The position numbers and the translations under genes are program-made. Below, piece by piece: positions 8,509-18,253 of a stretch of 64,000 nt of DNA. The notes under the pieces were generated by a model, which was not told the origin of the DNA, ran no database searches, and saw only the letters and a program-made list of their open reading frames with translations. Numbering within the stretch: the first letter of the stretch is position 1; every line of letters starts with the position of its first letter. Origin of the DNA: an uncultured Bacilli bacterium (GTDB lineage: Bacteria > Bacillota_I > Bacilli_A > RF39 > UBA660); NCBI GenBank assembly GCA_910584085.1, contig CAJTZY010000007.1, positions 8,074 to 72,073 on the forward strand, written 5' to 3'.

Positions 8509-9258
8509 TTAGTTAAATAGTAAATGATTTAAAATCATTATAAATGATCCAATAATGAAATAAATAATTGTATTTTTCTTGTTATAGTTAACAGATTCTT
8601 TATATAATTCGTTAATTGATATATTTATCATCATTCCTGCTATTATTGAATATATTACACCTAAAATAGTATTATCAATAAATTTGGCCAAAAATAAATA
8701 TGATATTAATGCCCCAATAGGCTCAGATATTCCTGATATTAATGTATATAGAAATGCTTTTGATTTACTTTTTGTAGAACAAAATATTGGAATACTTATG
8801 GATATTCCTTCAGGTATGTTGTGAAGTGCTATTGCCATTGTAAGTATTAATCCTAATTTTGTGTTTTGAGTAGTAGTTATATATGTTGCAATACCTTCAG
8901 GTATATTATGCATCATTATTACTAGCATTGCAATTAACCCTAATTTGTACAATTTTGTGCTATTTTTAGCACTTTTATCCACTTTTTGATCAATTATACT
9001 AGATAGTAATATTCCTATTAAAAAACCTATTATAATTAAAAATAAGGTATATATTTTTGAATAATTATCAATTATTAACAAAAAAGAGTTAGGTATTAGA
9101 TCAATTATTGATATTGTGAGCATTACTCCACTAGCAAATCCTAACGATTTACTAATAATATTATTTCTATCTTTTTTTATGAATATAAAAAGAAACCCTA
9201 TTAATGTGGAAATTCCTGCAATACTTGATAAAATAAAAGCATACATATTATTTGACAT
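8509..9258 (-). CDS. zupT: ZIP-family zinc/divalent metal transporter
   Basis: A polytopic protein with the duplicated HNIPEGIA / HNIPEGIS motif typical of ZupT. Confidence 0.85.
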   Translation of the reverse strand: MSNNMYAFILSSIAGISTLIGFLFIFIKKDRNNIISKSLGFASGVMLTISIIDLIPNSFLLIIDNYSKIYTLFLIIIGFLIGILLSSIIDQKVDKSAKNSTKLYKLGLIAMLVIMMHNIPEGIATYITTTQNTKLGLILTMAIALHNIPEGISISIPIFCSTKSKSKAFLYTLISGISEPIGALISYLFLAKFIDNTILGVIYSIIAGMMINISINELYKESVNYNKKNTIIYFIIGSFIMILNHLLFN

Positions 9259-9367
9259 AGAGTATCACCAATAAAGTGTATGATAAAAATATTCAAATAT
9301 TTAATATTATTGATTTTTAATTTAAATTAATATATAATAAAAAACATTATTTTTCTGGAGGTTTATT

Positions 9368-10558
9368 ATGTATGAAATAAAATTAGAAATTGCATTAAAT
9401 GAAAATAAAAAATGTATAACTATACAAGATATCGTTGAAAATATATCATTAAAAAATCAAAAATATTTTTGTCCACATTGTAATAATGAAGTAATAGCAA
9501 GAATCGGAAAACACAATGTTCCCCATTTTTCACACAAAGGTTTATCTTGTGACAATATTAAAGCAAAGGAAAGTGGCCTACATTTGTTATGTAAAGAAAT
9601 ACTATCAACTGAAAAATGTATATTTTTACCCCAAATCACTATTTATGATAAAAATGCATTTATAGGTAATGAATTATATGAAAAGTGGTCATCAAAAATT
9701 GATAATAAATTCCAAAAAAACTTTATATATGCATCTGGTAGAAAAATAAGTTTTAATTCAATTAAAATTGAAAACAAAATAAATGATATAATTCCAGATA
9801 TTATTATTGAGGGAAAAAAAAGACTATTTGTTGAAATAGCAGTTACCCATTTTATTGATGAATTGAAAAAAGAAAAAATATTACAAAATAATTATACCGT
9901 ATTAGAAATAGATATGAGCGATTTTATTAATAAAAATATGGATAGAGAAGAAATAAAAAATGAATTAATCAACTCTATCAATAATAAAAAGTGGATTAAT
10001 TTTTCATATGGAGATGATTACATAGATAAACTAAATCAAGTAAAAAATGAAAATTTAAAAATAATACAGGTCGAAGAAAATAAAAATGAATTAGTAATAA
10101 AAAAATTTAGTGAATTGGAAAGTGGAAACTTATATAAATATCACAGTGATGATAAGGTGGAACAGTATTTAAATACAATAAATTTTTTAGAGTATAATAA
10201 ATTACCATCATATCTAAATGTTGAAATATTTGGTGAAAATGTTTTTAAATGTGATAGAAGAATTTGGCAAACTGATATTTTTTATAAATTTATTTATCGT
10301 AGAAAAAATAATTCGACGATTAATTTATCAAGAATTTTAAGTTATATATTTTACCACCAAAAAATATATGAAATAGATTATATATTTGCAAAAAAGCAAA
10401 AAATAAATATTAATGGGAAAAATAAGGAATATAATTTATTAGTAGATGCTGTAAAGAAATTTCTTATAAATTTAAAGAAGAATGGTTTTATTCAGGGCTA
10501 TAGTGATGATATTAGATTTTATAGTGAATATACAATTTTGAACAAAACAATTGTTTAA
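9368..10558 (+). CDS. coiA: competence protein CoiA-like
   Basis: The N-terminus has a Zn-ribbon-like CPHCNNEV...GKHNVPHFSHK as in the CoiA family. A nuclease-like core follows (DIIIEGKKRLFVEIAVTH). Confidence 0.7.
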   Translation: MYEIKLEIALNENKKCITIQDIVENISLKNQKYFCPHCNNEVIARIGKHNVPHFSHKGLSCDNIKAKESGLHLLCKEILSTEKCIFLPQITIYDKNAFIGNELYEKWSSKIDNKFQKNFIYASGRKISFNSIKIENKINDIIPDIIIEGKKRLFVEIAVTHFIDELKKEKILQNNYTVLEIDMSDFINKNMDREEIKNELINSINNKKWINFSYGDDYIDKLNQVKNENLKIIQVEENKNELVIKKFSELESGNLYKYHSDDKVEQYLNTINFLEYNKLPSYLNVEIFGENVFKCDRRIWQTDIFYKFIYRRKNNSTINLSRILSYIFYHQKIYEIDYIFAKKQKININGKNKEYNLLVDAVKKFLINLKKNGFIQGYSDDIRFYSEYTILNKTIV

Positions 10559-10564
10559 TTACAA

Positions 10565-10593
10565 AAATAAATAGTTATATTAGCTATTTATTT
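10565..10593. terminator. bidirectional intrinsic terminator
   Basis: A perfect 10-bp stem AAATAAATAG/CTATTTATTT between convergent coiA and the SGNH hydrolase gene. Confidence 0.5.
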
Positions 10594-10608
10594 TTATAAT
10601 ATAGGTCA

Positions 10609-11337
10609 TTAATGTTTAAATTCCACACAACCATTTATCATATAATCAATTATCCTTTGATCAGTATCGGCATCAAAATGAAGCCCATCGGGCAAATTAA
10701 ATATTAAATTGCTATATGAATCACAATATTTAACATTATCAAAATTTTCACTATTTAATTTATCTATAAAATAAATATTAAACTGTTCTATTTTATTATT
10801 TGTTCTTTTATTATATGGAAATTTTGTATATATCCTACTTTCATCTATAGGATTTACTGATAAAATATAAAAATTAATATCTTTATAATTATTAATAAGA
10901 TTTCTATAAATTTTGAAATATTCTTCTGCTCTTTTAGTTATATCTATACCATCGTTTATATCATTTATATCATTAACACCCAAATTGAATATAACATGAT
11001 ATTGTACATTATCAAGTCTATTATTTATAATATTGTATAAAGTAGGCAATCCAGTATCAATTAACCAATTAATTCTAGCACCACTTTTAGCATCAATAAA
11101 TAGACTACTTGGTATATTTAAATTATTTCTATTATTTTCAATAAATTCCATTCTAGAATCCCCTACTACCACTATGTAATTTAAAGGTTTTAAATTTATA
11201 TTAGTGAGATCAAATTTATATTTAATTACATTATTTTTTTGATTGCTAATACAAATTAAAATAAAAAGTATAATAAATACAAATAATATAAATATGAAAG
11301 ATATCTTTTTATTAATATAGTACTTCATAAACATCAC
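10609..11337 (-). CDS. membrane-anchored SGNH/GDSL-type hydrolase
   Basis: An N-terminal TM helix, block I VVVGDSRM, block III GVNDIN and a C-terminal DGLHFD. Confidence 0.6.
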   Translation of the reverse strand: MMFMKYYINKKISFIFILFVFIILFILICISNQKNNVIKYKFDLTNINLKPLNYIVVVGDSRMEFIENNRNNLNIPSSLFIDAKSGARINWLIDTGLPTLYNIINNRLDNVQYHVIFNLGVNDINDINDGIDITKRAEEYFKIYRNLINNYKDINFYILSVNPIDESRIYTKFPYNKRTNNKIEQFNIYFIDKLNSENFDNVKYCDSYSNLIFNLPDGLHFDADTDQRIIDYMINGCVEFKH

Positions 11338-11449
11338 TATATTATTTTAACACTTATAAAATAATAAGACAATAAAATTTAATATAATTATATTATTAAT
11401 TTACAAAAAATAGCTATAAGATGTGACAAATATTTCACAATATTTATAA

Positions 11450-12139
11450 CTATTTTTTAAATTTTCTTAACATATCTTTTTCATCTTTATTTATTCTATT
11501 AGACTCAATTATTTTTTGCATTGCTTTATTATATGTCCAATTATCAAGTTTGTTATTTTTTAAATATTCAATAGTTTTGTCTTTATACTTTATATAACAT
11601 ATAGAAATAAGCCAAGCAATACTCATTTTAACATAATATTCATCTTTATAATTTTCACATAAGCCAAATATTTTATCTATATATTCATCATTTATGTAGT
11701 AATTAAGTAGTAATACATAACCAAATCTATTTATCCAACTATTTTTACTTTTTAAATATTTTTTTATTTCTTTAAAGCCGTTATCTTTATTTTTATTAAA
11801 TATTTTTAAATTTGAAACAGTTAAATCACAAATAGCCCAATTATCTATATAAGGTATAAATTCATCTATAAGAGGCTTTAAATCGTTAAATTCGAGCTTC
11901 AGATATCCAAGAATTAAACCATGTATTAACTTTTCTTCATATAAATTATGTTTATTTAATTTTATGAAACCTTTATAATTTGAGTTTGCTATAGTTTTAG
12001 CTATTTTTTTTAATTCTGGAGTTCTAATACCTATTAAATTATCACTTAAAATTAATTTTTCTTGAAAATCTTTATATTTTATATCTTTTAAACTATATAG
12101 ATAATCTATAAATTCATTGTAATTATTTATATTAATCAT
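11450..12139 (-). CDS. DNA alkylation repair (AlkD-like HEAT repeat) protein
   Basis: A 229-aa all-helical protein. The patterns [18 protein letters not shown] and [14 protein letters not shown] are typical of the DNA_alkylation family. Confidence 0.6.
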   Translation of the reverse strand: MININNYNEFIDYLYSLKDIKYKDFQEKLILSDNLIGIRTPELKKIAKTIANSNYKGFIKLNKHNLYEEKLIHGLILGYLKLEFNDLKPLIDEFIPYIDNWAICDLTVSNLKIFNKNKDNGFKEIKKYLKSKNSWINRFGYVLLLNYYINDEYIDKIFGLCENYKDEYYVKMSIAWLISICYIKYKDKTIEYLKNNKLDNWTYNKAMQKIIESNRINKDEKDMLRKFKK

Positions 12140-13302
12140 ACTAACTTATCTAAGAAACTTTTACCAACATTAGGCATTTTAACTTTAAAATTATCCGCAA
12201 TTGTTGCGCCAATATCGCTAAAACATTCAAGTTCATCAAGTTTTTTAGGTTGTTTTAAAGATTTAGAATATATAAGTACTGGTATATTTTCCCTCGTATG
12301 ATCTGTTCCCCTATATGAAGGATCATTACCGTGATCTGCGGTTATTATTAATAAATCATCCTCATTTAAGTAATTTTTTATTTCTGGTAAATAGTTATCG
12401 AATTCTTTTATTGCCTCAGCATATCCTTTAATATTTCTCCTATGTCCGTATTTTGAGTCAAAATCGTTTAAATTAGCAAAACATAAGCCTGTAAATTTTT
12501 TCTTTTCTATTTCCATTATTTTATTTATACCATCTAAATTATCTTTAGTTTTAGTACTTTCAGTTATGCCACAATTATTGAATATATCGCTTATTTTTCC
12601 AATAGATATTACGTCAAAATTATTATTTTTTAAGTTATCAAGGACTGTATCACTTACAGGATCTAATGCATAATCATGTCTATTTGAAGTTCTTGTAAAG
12701 TTACCTGGTGTGCCGATATAAGGTCTTGCAATAATTCTTCCGACTTTCCACTCATCTTTTAGAGTAAGTTTACGTGCAATTGAACAACACTTATATAGTT
12801 CATCTAATGGAATTATATCTTCATGAGCTGCTATTTGTAATACTGAATCAGCTGAAGTATAAACGATTAAACTTCCTGTTTCCATTTGCTCTTTACCTAA
12901 TCTTTCAATTATCTCTGTTCCACTAGCATTACAGTTACCTATAATTTTTCTGCCTGTTCTATTCTCTAATTCATCTATTAATTCTTTTGGAAAACCGGTT
13001 TCAGTGAAAGTTTTGAATGGTATTAAGGTTCTAATACCCATAATCTCTAAATGTCCTGTTAATGTATCCTTACCATTTGCTTTTGGATGGGCTTTTGTAT
13101 AGTAAGAATCTGTATTTAATTCGTTTTTATAATTAACTAAATTTAAAAATCCCATTTTTTCTAAATTTGGATAGTCTATAGGATTATATTCAAGAATATG
13201 CCCAAGCGTGTTTGCGCCCAAATCATTAAATTTTATTGCATCACTAGCTTCTCCTACTCCTAGTGAATCTAAAACTATTAAAAATATTCTATTAAATTTC
13301 AT
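12136..13302 (-). CDS. deoB: phosphopentomutase
   Basis: N-terminus [18 protein letters not shown]...GANTLGHI, plus TADHGNDP and GTDHTRE motifs. Confidence 0.92.
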   Translation of the reverse strand: MKFNRIFLIVLDSLGVGEASDAIKFNDLGANTLGHILEYNPIDYPNLEKMGFLNLVNYKNELNTDSYYTKAHPKANGKDTLTGHLEIMGIRTLIPFKTFTETGFPKELIDELENRTGRKIIGNCNASGTEIIERLGKEQMETGSLIVYTSADSVLQIAAHEDIIPLDELYKCCSIARKLTLKDEWKVGRIIARPYIGTPGNFTRTSNRHDYALDPVSDTVLDNLKNNNFDVISIGKISDIFNNCGITESTKTKDNLDGINKIMEIEKKKFTGLCFANLNDFDSKYGHRRNIKGYAEAIKEFDNYLPEIKNYLNEDDLLIITADHGNDPSYRGTDHTRENIPVLIYSKSLKQPKKLDELECFSDIGATIADNFKVKMPNVGKSFLDKLV

Positions 13303-13382
13303 ATCATAACCTCCATTATTATTTTATCACATTTTATATTCATATACATATTTTTTAAATATTATTTAATGTAAAGTTTGTG

Positions 13383-14273
13383 TTAATTACCATGCGGATG
13401 ATAAGTTTCATAATTACCTTTTAATTCCTCATTTGTTATATGAGTATATATTTGTGTTGTAGATATATCAGAGTGTCCAAGAAGTTCCTGTATTGTTCTT
13501 AAATCTGCTCCATATTTTAGTAAATGGCTTGCAAATGAATGCCTAAGTGTATGTGGAGATAGTTCTTTTTTTATATCTTTAGACTCAGCTATTTTTTTTA
13601 TTATTTTAAAGAAACCCTGCCTTGTCATCTGATTACCATGGTTATTTAAAAATAGATAGTCTGAATTTTTCTTTTTTAACATCGAACTACGATATTCATA
13701 GATATATTTTTCTAAATATTCTTTAGCATAATCTCCTATGGGAATGATTCTTTCTTTACTGCCCTTACCAAATATTCTTACTATATCCTGACTTAGATCT
13801 ATATCTTGGAGTTTTAAATTAACAAGTTCTGATACACGAAGACCTGATGAATACATAAGTTCAAGCATTGCTTTATTTCTATAGCTAAAGTTATCATTTA
13901 ATTCTATATCCAAAAGATTTAAAACTTCTTCTTCTGATAAAATATTTGGTAACCCTTTTTTTAATTTGGGCATTGGTATAGCCTCCATAGGATTATATTT
14001 TATTATTTTTTCTATAGTTAAAAATTTATAAAAGCTTTTTAAGCAAGATATATTTCTAGAGATTGATTTTTCATTTAAACCATTTTGGTTTATCCATTTT
14101 ATATATTCTTTTAAATCATTAGTATTAATATTATTAATTTTTTTATTCTTGTTGTATTCTAAGAATTTATATAAATCTATTTTATAAGAATTTATTGTAT
14201 TGTTACTATACCCCTTATCAATTAATAAGTATCTTAAAAAATCATTTACTAATTCTTCCATATCATTCACCAT
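13383..14273 (-). CDS. xerD: tyrosine recombinase XerD (chromosome dimer resolution)
   Basis: Motifs RNKAMLELMYSSGLRVSE, HTLRHSFASHLL and LLGHSDISTTQIYTH. It lies upstream of deoB as in the Bacillus ripX-drm arrangement. Confidence 0.85.
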   Translation of the reverse strand: MVNDMEELVNDFLRYLLIDKGYSNNTINSYKIDLYKFLEYNKNKKINNINTNDLKEYIKWINQNGLNEKSISRNISCLKSFYKFLTIEKIIKYNPMEAIPMPKLKKGLPNILSEEEVLNLLDIELNDNFSYRNKAMLELMYSSGLRVSELVNLKLQDIDLSQDIVRIFGKGSKERIIPIGDYAKEYLEKYIYEYRSSMLKKKNSDYLFLNNHGNQMTRQGFFKIIKKIAESKDIKKELSPHTLRHSFASHLLKYGADLRTIQELLGHSDISTTQIYTHITNEELKGNYETYHPHGN

Positions 14274-14325
14274 AAATATTATACCACTTTTTTTATATTC
14301 ATGGTAAAATAATGTTGGTGATGTT

Positions 14326-15528
14326 ATGGAACCTTTAGCAATTAAAATGAGACCTAAATCATTAAGTGATGTAGTTGGGCAAACTCATTTAATAGGTGAA
14401 AATAAAGTACTTAGTAATTTAGTTAAAAATAAAAAATTGTTTTCTATGATTTTGTATGGCAAACCTGGTATTGGAAAAACAACAATAGCAGTATCTATCG
14501 CTCTTGAACTTGGTTTAAAATATAGAATGCTTAATGCAACTATAAATAACAAGCATGATTTTGATACTGTAATAGAGGAAGCAAAAATGTATGGTGAACT
14601 CGTAGTTATCATGGATGAAATACATAGATTAAATAAAGATAAGCAAGACTTACTTTTACCATATCTTGAAAGTGGCCTTATTATTTTAATTGGTATGACA
14701 ACCTCTAATCCATATCACTCAATTAATCCAGCTATACGTTCTAGATGTCAAATTTTTGAACTTAAAGAACTAGATAATGAGGATATAGGGACTGCTATTA
14801 AAAAAGCAATTGATACTGAACTTAAAGATATTAAAATTGATGAGGAATCTATTAATTATATATCGAATATTTCAGGTGGAGATTTAAGATATGCATATAA
14901 TATTCTTGAAATGGCTTACTACTCTACTGATAAGAATGTAACTTTAGACTCACTAAAAAATATAAGTAATAAGCCTAATTTTTTTCATGATAAAAATGGT
15001 GATGGATATTATGATGTTATTAGTGCTTTTCAAAAAAGTATTAGAGGATCTGATGTTGATGCCGCATTACACTATCTTGCAAGACTAATTGAGGCTGAGG
15101 ATTTAGATATAATTTTTAGAAGAATGAGTGTTATTGCATATGAAGATATTGGACTTGCAAATCCTAGTATGGGACCAAAAGTTGATGCCTGTATTAATGC
15201 CTGTGAAAGACTCGGATTACCCGAAGCTAGAATCCCACTTTCAGTAACTGTTATAGAGCTTGCCTTATCACCTAAGTCTAATAGTGCTTATTTAGCACTC
15301 GATGAAGCAATGAATGATATAAGAAAAGGAAACACAGGTAATGTTCCGAATAACATTAAAACAACAGCTCCTGATTATAAATATGCCCATGATTATCCAA
15401 ATCATGTTGTTAAGCAACAATACCTGCCAGATAATTTAAAAGGTAAAAGATATTATAAACCTCAAAACAATAAAAATGAGTTAAAATTAAAGGAAATTAA
15501 TGATAGATTAAAAAAAATTATTGATTAA
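14326..15528 (+). CDS. rarA: replication-associated recombination protein A (AAA+ ATPase)
   Basis: MRPKSLSDVVGQTHL, Walker A GKPGIGKTT, Walker B VVIMDEIHR and a MgsA C-terminal domain (DVISAFQKSIRGSDVDAALHYLARL). Confidence 0.92.
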   Translation: MEPLAIKMRPKSLSDVVGQTHLIGENKVLSNLVKNKKLFSMILYGKPGIGKTTIAVSIALELGLKYRMLNATINNKHDFDTVIEEAKMYGELVVIMDEIHRLNKDKQDLLLPYLESGLIILIGMTTSNPYHSINPAIRSRCQIFELKELDNEDIGTAIKKAIDTELKDIKIDEESINYISNISGGDLRYAYNILEMAYYSTDKNVTLDSLKNISNKPNFFHDKNGDGYYDVISAFQKSIRGSDVDAALHYLARLIEAEDLDIIFRRMSVIAYEDIGLANPSMGPKVDACINACERLGLPEARIPLSVTVIELALSPKSNSAYLALDEAMNDIRKGNTGNVPNNIKTTAPDYKYAHDYPNHVVKQQYLPDNLKGKRYYKPQNNKNELKLKEINDRLKKIID

Positions 15529-15583
15529 GTTGACTTATAATTAATTTTGTGGTAGCATATTTAACCAAGTTAAGGGGGTACAT

Positions 15584-16261
15584 ATGCATAAGAAATATAA
15601 ACTTTTAAAAGCAGGATTATTTGGTATAATAGTAAGTACTAGCTTTTCTGCCTGCTCACCTACTATGGAATGTAATATTGAAAGCGAACACGTTCATATT
15701 TATATAAACAATAATGGGCTTACAAAACCTGTTGATAGTGAAAAGGAAAAAGTTTACAACTTTAGTCTGGGAGATTTTTATTGGACAGAAAATACTATTC
15801 CATTAGATAGTACAATATCAACTATGATTCAACTAGATTTATATGATATAAGAGAAAATAAGGAATATTTTTATGACATGATAAATATATATAGTAATAA
15901 AAGACAATCATATACAGACTGTTGCGTGTATGGTGAACATTATGTTTCTGTAAATAATGATCCTAAGAAAAGCAACGATTACAAATGGAAAAAGAATAAT
16001 GAATTAATAACAGATTATTATATTGAAACTAAATGGATAGATATAGGGTTAGATGAATATACTACTGATAAGGTTAGAGATGTTACATATACATATTTAC
16101 TTTATAAAATAGATGAAGAGGGCAACTTTACACAAAAATATTTTTCTTCACTTGAGGATATAGAAGAAGGATATAATTATTTTAATCCATCTACTTTAGT
16201 AAAAGAAACTATAGGTGAAGAATACTACTTATCTGTTAAAACTAAAAAAAAGTTAGACTAA
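15584..16261 (+). CDS. hypothetical lipoprotein
   Basis: A signal peptide with lipobox TSFSAC. No other recognisable motif. Confidence 0.6.
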   Translation: MHKKYKLLKAGLFGIIVSTSFSACSPTMECNIESEHVHIYINNNGLTKPVDSEKEKVYNFSLGDFYWTENTIPLDSTISTMIQLDLYDIRENKEYFYDMINIYSNKRQSYTDCCVYGEHYVSVNNDPKKSNDYKWKKNNELITDYYIETKWIDIGLDEYTTDKVRDVTYTYLLYKIDEEGNFTQKYFSSLEDIEEGYNYFNPSTLVKETIGEEYYLSVKTKKKLD

Positions 16262-17292
16262 CTAACTTTTTTTGTACTTATTTCGTCAAAATTTAAATAT
16301 AAATTATATTGATCTTCACTTAATAGATTAAAATTATGGCCATTTATATTTATAGAATTTATCCAATTATTTTTATCGAGAAGAAACATCATATCTTGTA
16401 TATTACTACTATTTAAATTGGAAGTATCAAATAATAAAACTTTTCTTTTTAAAGATTTTAGTAAAAATAAATATATTCTATTTAGTAGTTCTTGAATAAC
16501 ATATTCACGTTCTTTACTATATTCATTATATTCATTAAATAAACATTCATTGTCAAATAAATCATCTAAATCTACAATAAGTTCTTTAGAATGGTAATCA
16601 TTTGAATATTTTTCTATTTCTTTTATAAGTTTAAATGGATTTGCCGTAAAATACAATTCTTCCATTTTGTCTTTTCCAACTATAACTTCTAAAGTTCTTA
16701 CTACTAAAACTTCTAATTTATACATATCACAAGCTTTATCTTTAAAATATCTTTTAGCTAAAAATTGAGTATAACCTTCATTAATTCCTCTACCAAATCT
16801 TATTTTACCACTTTTTACTTCAAATCCAGATATTAATACAGAATTCCTAATTGTAGAGGAAGCTAAATGTAATAATTCATGAAATGAGGAACTAAAATTT
16901 TCAATATAATATGAAATCTTATTTTGTTTAAGACTGAAAAGACCAGATACACTTTCGCCTTCTTCTAATGTATTATTGGAAATAAATTTTGAATTTTGAA
17001 ATGGAACATTGATGTCAAAATTAGTAACTGAAAAGTTTTGCATAAATAAATTAGTGGAAAATTTTTTACAATTTTGACTTAAAGTAATTAAAAAGCATTT
17101 TACTATTTTTTTAAACTGTAAAATATCGAATGAAGACTCAGAATTTATTCTTGTTTTTGAAAAACTTATAATAGCACTCTCAAAGTTATTATTTTTTATT
17201 AAAATTATCTTATTATTATTAATTAATGTTTTAATATTCAATTTTAAATTTTTAATCTTTTTTATTACTTCATTAAAATTAGTTTTTTCCAT
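16258..17292 (-). CDS. hypothetical protein with HExxH zinc-metalloprotease-like motif
   Basis: HELLH is followed ~25 aa later by NEGYTQ (a possible third ligand). There is no signal peptide. It is the last gene of the smc-holA transcription unit (9-nt gap). Confidence 0.5.
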   Translation of the reverse strand: MEKTNFNEVIKKIKNLKLNIKTLINNNKIILIKNNNFESAIISFSKTRINSESSFDILQFKKIVKCFLITLSQNCKKFSTNLFMQNFSVTNFDINVPFQNSKFISNNTLEEGESVSGLFSLKQNKISYYIENFSSSFHELLHLASSTIRNSVLISGFEVKSGKIRFGRGINEGYTQFLAKRYFKDKACDMYKLEVLVVRTLEVIVGKDKMEELYFTANPFKLIKEIEKYSNDYHSKELIVDLDDLFDNECLFNEYNEYSKEREYVIQELLNRIYLFLLKSLKRKVLLFDTSNLNSSNIQDMMFLLDKNNWINSININGHNFNLLSEDQYNLYLNFDEISTKKVS

Positions 17293-17301
17293 AATTACCT
17301 C

Positions 17302-18249
17302 CTATAAACTTAATATAAATAATTCGAGTGCAAGCTCTCTATCCTTTTCACCAGTTTTAATACCAATATCAAGATCTGCTAAATCTTTTAAATATTTAAG
17401 TAATATTTTAGGATTATATTTATATCCTGAAAGTATTGCTAAATGTATTGGATATTTATGTACTTTTAATATTTCAGAAATACTATCTTCAGTATATCCT
17501 TTTTTTGCAAGTACACTTGCTTGATACATAAGACGAAATTTACTTGCCAAAAGTGCGACTATTTTTATAGGTTCTTCATTTAATTTTAATAACTCTTTAT
17601 AAGTTGTAATAGCACTTTTTTTATTTTTATTAATTATATCATCTACAAATTTAAATATATCAATATTAATATTTTCTATTGTTAAATCTTCTATATCTTT
17701 AGAAGTAATAGTTTTATCATCTATTTTATATATCTTTAACTTTTCTATTTCTTGATATATTATTTCTAGATCATTCCCTACTCTATTTATTAATTCATTT
17801 ATAGAACTATCACTTATTTTATAGTCATCAAACATAGTTCTGACATTATTTGATATATTTTTAAGTGCATTAAATTCTTTAATAGTGCCTTTTTCTTTTA
17901 TAAGTTTAACTATTTTTTTTACACTATCTATTTTCTCAACTTTGTCTATAAATATTATAATTACATCTTTATTAGTATTTTTTAAGTATTCTTCTAGTAA
18001 TTCTATATCATCAATTTTTTTATTTTGAACCCTATTAAAAATAGTGGCATTATCTACTATTATGAGTTTATTAGAAGAAAATAGTGATACAGTATTTACA
18101 TCTTCTAATATTTCTTTTATGGTATTAAATTCTAAATCGTACTTAGAAGTATTGAGTTCGTCTATACCTGTTTTATTTATTATACTTTTAATTTCATTAT
18201 CTATTAAAAATTTTTCTGTTCCATATAATAAATAATTCATAAGTATCAC
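17302..18249 (-). CDS. holA: DNA polymerase III delta subunit
   Basis: A 315-aa protein with N-terminus YLLYGTEKFLIDNEI and the overall HolA architecture. Confidence 0.8.
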   Translation of the reverse strand: MILMNYLLYGTEKFLIDNEIKSIINKTGIDELNTSKYDLEFNTIKEILEDVNTVSLFSSNKLIIVDNATIFNRVQNKKIDDIELLEEYLKNTNKDVIIIFIDKVEKIDSVKKIVKLIKEKGTIKEFNALKNISNNVRTMFDDYKISDSSINELINRVGNDLEIIYQEIEKLKIYKIDDKTITSKDIEDLTIENINIDIFKFVDDIINKNKKSAITTYKELLKLNEEPIKIVALLASKFRLMYQASVLAKKGYTEDSISEILKVHKYPIHLAILSGYKYNPKILLKYLKDLADLDIGIKTGEKDRELALELFILSL

Positions 18250-18253
18250 TTCC

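Noticed and set aside
9287-9302. Inverted repeat AAATATT-CA-AATATTT upstream of zupT as a possible Zur box.
   Set aside because: It does not match the Firmicute Zur consensus (TAAATCGTAAT.ATTACGATTTA), and a 7-bp A/T-only palindrome is expected by chance in this composition.
13383-14273. Whether the tyrosine recombinase marks an integrated mobile element.
   Set aside because: It has the XerD-type motifs and sits in the conserved xerD-deoB housekeeping context. There are no flanking repeats, tRNA target or phage/ICE genes.
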